64,000 nt of DNA, taken from assembly GCA_963703345.1 (NCBI GenBank), contig OY969814.1:1120001-1184000 (forward strand), given 5' to 3'. This document shows positions 57,472-64,000 of this stretch, piece by piece; position 1 is the first letter of the stretch; each line of letters begins with the position of its first letter. A program made the translations under genes and the position numbers. The DNA is from an uncultured Chloroflexia bacterium (GTDB lineage Bacteria; Chloroflexota; Dehalococcoidia; DSTF01; JALHUB01). Below the pieces are notes generated by a model, which saw only the letters and a list, made by a program, of their open reading frames with translations, had not been told where the DNA came from and did no database searches.

Positions 57472-58677
57472 ATGCCGAAGGGCCGCGCCGCCCCCCAGGC
57501 CTTCACACACGTCCGCGTCATCACGCCAGAGACCGAGATTCCCGATGGCACCGTCCTTGTCGCAGAGGGGCGCATTCTCCACGCCGGCGTGGGCGCGCCC
57601 CCCGACAGCGTATCTGCCTGGGACCTGCGCGGCCTCACCGTCGCGCCCGGCTTCATCGACTTGCACGTTCACGGCGGCGGCGGCTTCTCGCTCGCTGAGG
57701 GCGACCCCGAGCAGATACGCGAATATGCGCGCTGGGCGGCGGCAGGAGGCGTCACCGGATTCCTCGTCACGCTGCTGCCGGATGAGCGACGACGGCTCGT
57801 CGAGTACGTGGAATCGGCGGCCAACGCGTGCGACGGCGAGATCGGCGGAGCGAGACCGCTGGGCATCAACCTGGAAGGGCCGTTCCTGAACGCGTTGCGA
57901 TGCGGCGCTCTTGATCCCGACGTCCTGCGCCCGGCTGACGTGGCCGAGCTGCGTGAATACCTTCTGGCCGCGAGAGGTCTTCTCCGCATCATGACGATTG
58001 CGCCGGAGCTGCCGGGTGCCGCCGCCATCGCCGAAGCCGTCGGGGCCGGCGTTGCCGTCGCCCTCGGCCACAGCGACGCGACCTACGACGAAGCCATGCG
58101 CGCCTTCTCGCTCGGCGTCGGGCACGTCACCCATTGCTTCAACGCCATGCGTCCCTTCCACCAGCGAGAGCCAGGCTGTCTAGGCGCCGCCTTAAACGCG
58201 CACGACGTGACCGCCGAGCTGATAGCCGACGGCGTGCACGTGCACCCGGCCGCGATGGAGATGCTGTTGCGACTCAAGGGCGTCGAGAAGACCGTGCTCA
58301 TCACCGATGCCATCGCCGTCGCCGGAATCGGGGACGGGGAGTTCGAATTGCAGGGCGCGCGCGTCGAAGTGAAGGACGGCGTCGCGCGCCGAGCCGACGG
58401 CCGGCTCGGCGGCAGCACAGCGACGATGGATGCGATGGTGCGGAACGCGGCTCGCTGGTTGGCCGTGAGCGAAGCGGAAGCGATCCGGATGGCCACGCTC
58501 AACCCGGCGTCGGTCATCGGCGTGGCGGACCGCAAGGGCAGGATTGCGCCGGGCTACGACGCCGACCTCGTCGTGCTGTCGCCCGAGCTGAACGTGGAGA
58601 TGACTTTCATCGCCGGCGAGATGGTCTACGAGCGTCAACCCCCGGCGTTGAGGCGATCAACGTATTCGACCACTTGA
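57472..58677 (+). CDS. nagA: N-acetylglucosamine-6-phosphate deacetylase
   Basis: PGFIDLHVHG, LEGPF, GHSDA, THCFNAM, DGVHVHP, ITDA. Confidence 0.92.
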   Translation: MPKGRAAPQAFTHVRVITPETEIPDGTVLVAEGRILHAGVGAPPDSVSAWDLRGLTVAPGFIDLHVHGGGGFSLAEGDPEQIREYARWAAAGGVTGFLVTLLPDERRRLVEYVESAANACDGEIGGARPLGINLEGPFLNALRCGALDPDVLRPADVAELREYLLAARGLLRIMTIAPELPGAAAIAEAVGAGVAVALGHSDATYDEAMRAFSLGVGHVTHCFNAMRPFHQREPGCLGAALNAHDVTAELIADGVHVHPAAMEMLLRLKGVEKTVLITDAIAVAGIGDGEFELQGARVEVKDGVARRADGRLGGSTATMDAMVRNAARWLAVSEAEAIRMATLNPASVIGVADRKGRIAPGYDADLVVLSPELNVEMTFIAGEMVYERQPPALRRSTYSTT

Positions 58678-59366
58678 GACAGCTTATCGACGATGAGGTC
58701 CGGCTTCGCGTCGCCCGGGTCCTCCTGCCGGTACTGCCACGTCAGCACCGCCTTCATCCCCAGCGCCTGCGCGCCTCTGATGTCCGCCAGGACCGTATCG
58801 CCGACGAAGACCGCTTCTTCCGGCCGGACGTTCAGGCGGCGCAGCGCCTCTTCGAAGATGGCCGGATGCGGCTTCCCCCAGCCGACTTCCGACGACACGA
58901 CGAGCGCGTCGATGTTGCGGAGGAGCCCGAAACGCCGCAGGCTCTTCGCCAGCGAGCGGCTCGACTGGTAGGTGTTGGAGACGACGCCCACGCGCAGTCC
59001 TCGTTCCTCGAGGGCGCGCAGGGCTTCCGCTGTGTCCGGATCGACGTAGTAGCGGATGCCGTAGGAGAGGGTCTCCTCCGCCATCTCCCGCAGCGATTGC
59101 TCCAGCACGTCCAACCCCAGCGATTCGAACGCTTCCTTGAACACCTGCTCGGTGGGCTTCTGCTCCAGGTTGCCGCCGTCGTACGCCTGGCCCTCGCGCA
59201 GGAAGACCGCTGCGACCGCGTCGCGCAGGATGGCCGCCGGCGGAATTGGCTCGCCCAGCTCTTTGAAGAGACGGCGCCGCAGCCGGTCGTACGCTTCCGG
59301 CTCGCCGCCGTAGTCGACGTCCCACATCGTGTAGCCGAGGTCGAAGATGACGGCTCGAATCTTCAT
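58635..59366 (-). CDS. HAD-family hydrolase
   Basis: FDLGYT, VVSN, GKPHPAIF, VGD...DI.GA. Confidence 0.9.
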   Translation of the reverse strand: MKIRAVIFDLGYTMWDVDYGGEPEAYDRLRRRLFKELGEPIPPAAILRDAVAAVFLREGQAYDGGNLEQKPTEQVFKEAFESLGLDVLEQSLREMAEETLSYGIRYYVDPDTAEALRALEERGLRVGVVSNTYQSSRSLAKSLRRFGLLRNIDALVVSSEVGWGKPHPAIFEEALRRLNVRPEEAVFVGDTVLADIRGAQALGMKAVLTWQYRQEDPGDAKPDLIVDKLSQVVEYVDRLNAGG

Positions 59367-59525
59367 GTCCCCTCATCCCTGACGGACGGAATGCCACGCT
59401 ACCTGCTTCCAGTATCGCAGAATAGCGCCGAATCGGTCAGCGAGTCCGTGTGAAAAGCGGCGCACTGCATGGAGAACTGCCGGTCAAGGTGGTAATATGA
59501 GGGCGCGCAGGAGGCGCAAGGGACG

Positions 59526-60656
59526 TTGAACGTCTACCCGCTGACACTGCTGCTCGCGGCCGGCATCGCCCTGCTGGTCGCGCTCGCGCTCCAGACGTAT
59601 TCCCACCGCATGCCGGTTCCCGGCGTCTTCCGCGTGAATCGCGGCGCCGGCGAAAGGCCCTGCTGGGGCGGCGTCGCCGTGTTCATCGCCTTCGCCTCGA
59701 CGCCGTTCGTAGCATCGGCGCTTTCGTCCAGGGCGTCGGAGTATTTCTCGCCCAAATCCGGCGATTTCCTGAAGTTCCTCGCGGCCGCTGCTCTCATCTT
59801 CGTCGTCGGCCTCATCGACGACTGGCGACCGCTGGGATACAAGCCGAAGTTCGTTGTCCAGGTCATCGCCGCTTCCGCCGTTTACGCCGCCGGCTACAGC
59901 ATCGACAAGATTGCCTTTCCCTGGGGGCCGGAGCTGACTCTTGGCTTCATGGCGCCGGTGCTGACCGTTCTCTGGATCGTCTTCTTCACCAACGCCATCA
60001 ACCTCATCGACGGGCGGGATGGCTTAGCCACCGGCGTTGTCGTGCTGGCGGCGGCGCCCCTGGCCTACATCGCTTCCAGCTCCAACCACCCGGCCGTGGC
60101 GCTCCTGCTCGTCGCTATCGCCGGCGCCGGCCTGGGTTTCATCCCCTTCAACCTGCCGCCGGCGAACAGCTATCTCGGCGACTCCGGCGCGCTGCTGCTG
60201 GGCTTCTTGCTCGGCTCGCTGTCGATTCGCGGGGCGACCGGTGTGACCGAGGCCTTCTTCTTTAGCGTGCCGGTTATCGCTCTCGGCTTCCCGATCCTCG
60301 ACACCGTGCTCGCCGCCGTCCGACGCGCCCTCGACCGCAAGCACCCCTTCGGCCGCGATGCCGATCATATCCATAATCGGCTGGAGAGCGCCGGTTTTGG
60401 GCCGCGGGGGCTCCTAATTGTCATCTACGCCATGAGCATGCTGTTCGCGGGGGCGGCAATTGCAATGCACGGCATCGACGTCTTCGCCGTCGAAGCGGCG
60501 ATTCTCCTCGGTTTCGCCGCCGTGCTGACGCTGGTGCTGGCGAAGCTGGGCTATCTGGTGACGCTCTGGAACAGCCACTCCGTTATCTGGCTGCGGCAGC
60601 GGCTCAGCCTAGCGAACCCGAAGCCGTTTGACACGGGCGACAGCGGCGATAGCTAG
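59526..60656 (+). CDS. MraY/WecA family polyprenyl-phosphate HexNAc-1-P transferase
   Basis: GLIDD, NAINLIDG.DGLA, FN.PPA..YLGDSG, DADHIH. Confidence 0.9.
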   Translation: MNVYPLTLLLAAGIALLVALALQTYSHRMPVPGVFRVNRGAGERPCWGGVAVFIAFASTPFVASALSSRASEYFSPKSGDFLKFLAAAALIFVVGLIDDWRPLGYKPKFVVQVIAASAVYAAGYSIDKIAFPWGPELTLGFMAPVLTVLWIVFFTNAINLIDGRDGLATGVVVLAAAPLAYIASSSNHPAVALLLVAIAGAGLGFIPFNLPPANSYLGDSGALLLGFLLGSLSIRGATGVTEAFFFSVPVIALGFPILDTVLAAVRRALDRKHPFGRDADHIHNRLESAGFGPRGLLIVIYAMSMLFAGAAIAMHGIDVFAVEAAILLGFAAVLTLVLAKLGYLVTLWNSHSVIWLRQRLSLANPKPFDTGDSGDS

Positions 60657-61537
60657 TCCGCCTCGCTCTGGGCGCGACTCATTGCTCGTTTTAGCTGGTT
60701 CGCCGCGAGCAGATAGGCGCAGCGCGTCGCAATCCCCCCCGCAACGGTGACGTCGACGACCACGTTCCGCCGCAGGTACTTCCTGTAGTAATGCCACATG
60801 CTCCAGTGGCGCGCCATGATGCTGCGGCTGGGAAGCGTCCGGCTGCTCTTCCCGATATGGTGCACGACCGACACCGCCGGATAGTAGACGACCTTCGCTC
60901 CGGCGCGGTGCACCCGCTGGCAGAGGTCCACATCCTCGATGTACATGAAGTAACCCTCATCGAGGAGGCCGATGCGCTCCAGGAGCGATCGTCGAACCAT
61001 CAGGCAGGCGCCGGACACCCAGTCGACCTCGCTGACGCTGTCGTGCTGCCAGTCGCTCAGCAGATATTGCCGCGAATAGCGATTGCGCGGGAAGAGGCGC
61101 GTGAGCAGCGAGTAGCGATTGAACAGGGCGACGGAGAAGGTCGGGAAGCGACGGCACGAGAGCTGGAGGGAGCCGTCGGGGTTGAGCAGCCGCGGCGCGA
61201 CGATGCCGACGTCGTCGTGCTCGCGCAGGTAGGCCAGCATCGGCGCGAAAGGATCGGTTTCGATCTCGGAGTCCGGGTTGAGCAGGACGATCGCCTCGCC
61301 CGTCGCTTCCCTGATGCCGCGATTCGCCCCGGCCGCAAAGCCCAGGTTGCGGCGCATTCGCAGCAGGCGGACGTCGGGGAAGTCCGAGGCGACCATGTCA
61401 GCGCTGCCGTCGGCGGAGTCGTTGTCGACGACGATGACCTCCCGCTCGGCGGCCGGCGGATGAGTCAGCAGCGAGGCGAAGCAGCGCCGCAAGTGCTCGC
61501 GCCCGTTGTAGCTGACGATGACGATGGAGATGTCCAA
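60653..61537 (-). CDS. GT2 glycosyltransferase (WbbL-like)
   Basis: VVDNDSAD, LLNPD, WVSGAC, YFMYIEDVD. Confidence 0.9.
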   Translation of the reverse strand: MDISIVIVSYNGREHLRRCFASLLTHPPAAEREVIVVDNDSADGSADMVASDFPDVRLLRMRRNLGFAAGANRGIREATGEAIVLLNPDSEIETDPFAPMLAYLREHDDVGIVAPRLLNPDGSLQLSCRRFPTFSVALFNRYSLLTRLFPRNRYSRQYLLSDWQHDSVSEVDWVSGACLMVRRSLLERIGLLDEGYFMYIEDVDLCQRVHRAGAKVVYYPAVSVVHHIGKSSRTLPSRSIMARHWSMWHYYRKYLRRNVVVDVTVAGGIATRCAYLLAANQLKRAMSRAQSEAD

Positions 61538-61539
61538 GC

Positions 61540-62667
61540 TCAGCCTCTCGCCAGCGCTTCGGTGTACACGCCGATGGTCTCTCGCGCCGCCTTCTCCCAG
61601 CTAAACGTCGCCGCCCGCTCCAGGCCGCGACGCTGCAGATCGGCCCGCAGCGAGCTGTCCTTCAGGATGCGTTCGAGCGCATCGCAGAGCGCGGTAGCGT
61701 CGCGGGGGTCGGTCAGGAGCGCCGCGTCGCCGGCGACTTCCGGCAGCGACGACACGTTCGATGCGACGACCGGCACGCCGCAGGCCATCGCCTCCAGCAC
61801 CGGCAACCCGAAGCCCTCGTACAGCGATGGGAAGGCGAACGCGTCGGCGGCGTTGTAGAGCGCCGGCATCTCCTCCGGCGGCACGTAACCGGTGAAGACG
61901 ACCTGGCCCTTGAGCCCGAGCTCCTCGGCTAGATGGAAGTCGTCGCCGTACTTCCAGGCCCGCTGCCCGGCCACGACCAGGCTGTGCTCCACGCCGCGCC
62001 GCCGCAGCTCCGCGAAGGCGTTCAGCAGCGTAGAGCGGTTCTTGCCCGGCTCCAGGCTGCCGACGCTGAGGATGAACCGCTCGGGCAGCAGGTACTTGCG
62101 GCGCACCTGCTCCACGGGCGCGGGGTCTTCGATGATGCGGAAGGCGGGCGCCGCCGCCTCGGCAATCGGTCGCACCTTGTCGGGCGGCGCGTGCAGGATG
62201 CGGACGATGTCGTCGCGGACGGCCAGCGACGGGCAGATGAGCAGTTTTGCCGCCTTCGCCGAGGCCCAGCTCACGGCGCGGAAGTAGTAGAGCCGCCGGC
62301 GCGGATAACGCTTCGGCAGGATGAAGAACGTCAGGTCGTGGAAGGTGACGACGCGGCGACCGCCCACGTTAAGCAGCGGCGAGGTGTGATGCGGCGAATG
62401 GACGACGTCAATGGCCTGCGCCCGTAGCTGCGCCGGCAGAACGAGCTGCTCCCAGACGAGTCGCATCGCCCGGGAGCGCGCGCCGACGTGCACGACTCGG
62501 AGGGACGGCCGCTCGCGCTGCAGAGTGTCGAAGGCGTCGGTGCGGGCAAAGACGACGTACTCGTTTTCGGCGTCGACGCGGGCGAGGGCGCGAAGCAGGT
62601 TGTCGGTGTAGACGCCGGCGCCGGCCATGAGGCGCGGTATCGACGTGGTGTCGTAGGCGATGCGCAT
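61540..62667 (-). CDS. GT4 glycosyltransferase
   Basis: VGSLEPGKN, EGFGLPVLEAMACG. Confidence 0.92.
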   Translation of the reverse strand: MRIAYDTTSIPRLMAGAGVYTDNLLRALARVDAENEYVVFARTDAFDTLQRERPSLRVVHVGARSRAMRLVWEQLVLPAQLRAQAIDVVHSPHHTSPLLNVGGRRVVTFHDLTFFILPKRYPRRRLYYFRAVSWASAKAAKLLICPSLAVRDDIVRILHAPPDKVRPIAEAAAPAFRIIEDPAPVEQVRRKYLLPERFILSVGSLEPGKNRSTLLNAFAELRRRGVEHSLVVAGQRAWKYGDDFHLAEELGLKGQVVFTGYVPPEEMPALYNAADAFAFPSLYEGFGLPVLEAMACGVPVVASNVSSLPEVAGDAALLTDPRDATALCDALERILKDSSLRADLQRRGLERAATFSWEKAARETIGVYTEALARG

Positions 62668-62676
62668 CAACCTCTC

Positions 62677-63606
62677 CTAGAGATCGCCGGCTTCCACGGT
62701 GCGGCCCATCCGTCCGCGGTAGTAGTCTAGCACGCCGAGCGCCAGCGCCTTCGCCATGCGCCCGTCGCGCTTCATGGCGTACCTGCCGAGGTAGGCGAGC
62801 CGCGTCGACAGGAAGTAGAGCGTGAACAGGGCGAACCAGAGCCTTGAGGTCGAGTTCTTGCGCACCAGGTAGAGCCGGTTGCGGGTGGCGTAGTAGTGCT
62901 TGAAGGGCGTCATCCAGCCGCCGCCGCTCGACGCGCTCTCCATGTGGTAGATGACCGCCTCGGGGTCGTAGCGGAGGCGGTAGCCGGCGGCCAGGGCGTG
63001 TCGCAGCCAGTCGGTCTCCTCGTAGTACATGAAGAAGCGCTCGTCCAGCAGGCCGACCTCGCGGAAGGCGGCGGCGGGCACCAGGGCGCAGCAGAAGCTG
63101 GCCGTCTGGAGGTCGCGGGGACGGTTCGTCGCCGGGCCGTCGGGCTTGCCGTGGAAGGTGCGGCGGAACAGGCCGAAGCGCCAGTCGAAGTCGCCGGCGT
63201 GGGTGCTGATGAGACGGGGGTCATCGCGGTAGAGGATCTTGGGCACGGCGATGGTGCGTTCGTCGGCGAAGGCGACGAGCTTCGAGAGGAAGTCGGGCGT
63301 CAGGACGGTGTCGTTGTTGAGGATGAGGACGCGGTCGAAGCCTTCGTCGAGGCAGTAGCGGACGCCGATGTTGTTGCCGCCGGCGGTGCCCAGGTTCTCG
63401 GCGGCGCGCAGGAGGACGGCGTCCGGGAGCAGGCGCTCGAGCTCATCGCCGGAGCCGTCCGTCGAGGCGTTGTCGACGATGACGACGCGATGGGGGTAGT
63501 CGACGGCGGCCAGCGAGTCGGCGAAGGGACGGATGAAGGCGGCGCCGTTGTAGTTGACGACGACGATGCCCACGGAAGGGCGCTGCGGGTCGGTTGGTTC
63601 GGGCAT
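62677..63606 (-). CDS. GT2 glycosyltransferase
   Basis: VDNASTD, LNND, FFMYYEETD, YYATRNRL. Confidence 0.9.
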   Translation of the reverse strand: MPEPTDPQRPSVGIVVVNYNGAAFIRPFADSLAAVDYPHRVVIVDNASTDGSGDELERLLPDAVLLRAAENLGTAGGNNIGVRYCLDEGFDRVLILNNDTVLTPDFLSKLVAFADERTIAVPKILYRDDPRLISTHAGDFDWRFGLFRRTFHGKPDGPATNRPRDLQTASFCCALVPAAAFREVGLLDERFFMYYEETDWLRHALAAGYRLRYDPEAVIYHMESASSGGGWMTPFKHYYATRNRLYLVRKNSTSRLWFALFTLYFLSTRLAYLGRYAMKRDGRMAKALALGVLDYYRGRMGRTVEAGDL

Positions 63607-63683
63607 GTGGAATGCATCTTAGCATCCGCGACGCGCTGGCTGAATCGCGGGGGCGGCGCGTCGAATTGACCCATTGAATTCAA

Positions 63684-64000
63684 TTACTTTTTCGCGCCTC
63701 TTCCAGATTCGGGATGCGCGCACTCAGATTCAAGATACTGCTCCAATTTGCGTCGAATTACGGCGGACAGCCGGGCATTCTGGATGAGTTTGGCGCTGAC
63801 GATCATGAGGGCCTGGAAGCGGACGCGCTCGCGGTGCTTGTGTCGCATGATGGCGCGGAGGACGGGCCGAATGTCGTCGTTAGCGGCCATGGCGTCGATG
63901 GCGGCCTGGAATTGTCGGGAGTAGCGGCCGGTCTTGATGGCGTTAAGGTTGCCCTTCGGGGCTCCCCTCCGAGGCGAGCCTCCGGCCCTCCGAGGGGAGG
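63684..64000 (-). CDS. small basic hypothetical protein, copy 2 (5' end beyond window)
   Basis: Reads ...SPRRAGGSPRRGAPKGNLNAIKTGRYSRQFQAAIDAMAANDD...ESGRGAKK*. Paralog of 47960-48328. Confidence 0.65.
   Translation of the reverse strand, partial: SPRRAGGSPRRGAPKGNLNAIKTGRYSRQFQAAIDAMAANDDIRPVLRAIMRHKHRERVRFQALMIVSAKLIQNARLSAVIRRKLEQYLESECAHPESGRGAKK

Noticed and set aside
58635-58677. 43-bp convergent overlap of nagA and the HAD gene
   Set aside because: Short tail-to-tail overlaps are common in GC-rich genomes, and there is no further signal.

Overview
GC-rich bacterial chromosome segment. Gene content and style suggest Chloroflexota (Dehalococcoidia-like), which is an inference. It is mostly housekeeping and metabolic genes: sucCD, serS, lysS, leuS, greA, miaB, coaD, rsmD, rsmG, nadE, nagA, citrate synthase, three intact tRNAs and two glycosylation clusters. 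The standout is 27.85-28.97 kb, a tandem array built on tRNA-Ser(GCT). Two ~80% identical stand-alone GIY-YIG nuclease genes are each bracketed by tRNA copies or 3' fragments. All four non-intact copies carry short palindromes inserted at the same T-loop position (GGTT^CGAAT). The same 10-nt palindrome appears twice in an unrelated intergenic repeat 14 kb away, and an empty copy of that repeat is also in the window. Other 21-nt palindromes sit in frame inside leuS and inside a duplicated small gene. Together these suggest a GIY-YIG-linked system that disperses mini-palindromes (hypothesis). Secondary observations: a probable AUC start codon, a terminator in the greA leader, two Gre factors with opposite catalytic-residue status, a beta-lactamase fold with Cys in place of Ser, a TatA-zinc-ribbon fusion and an Arn-like operon.
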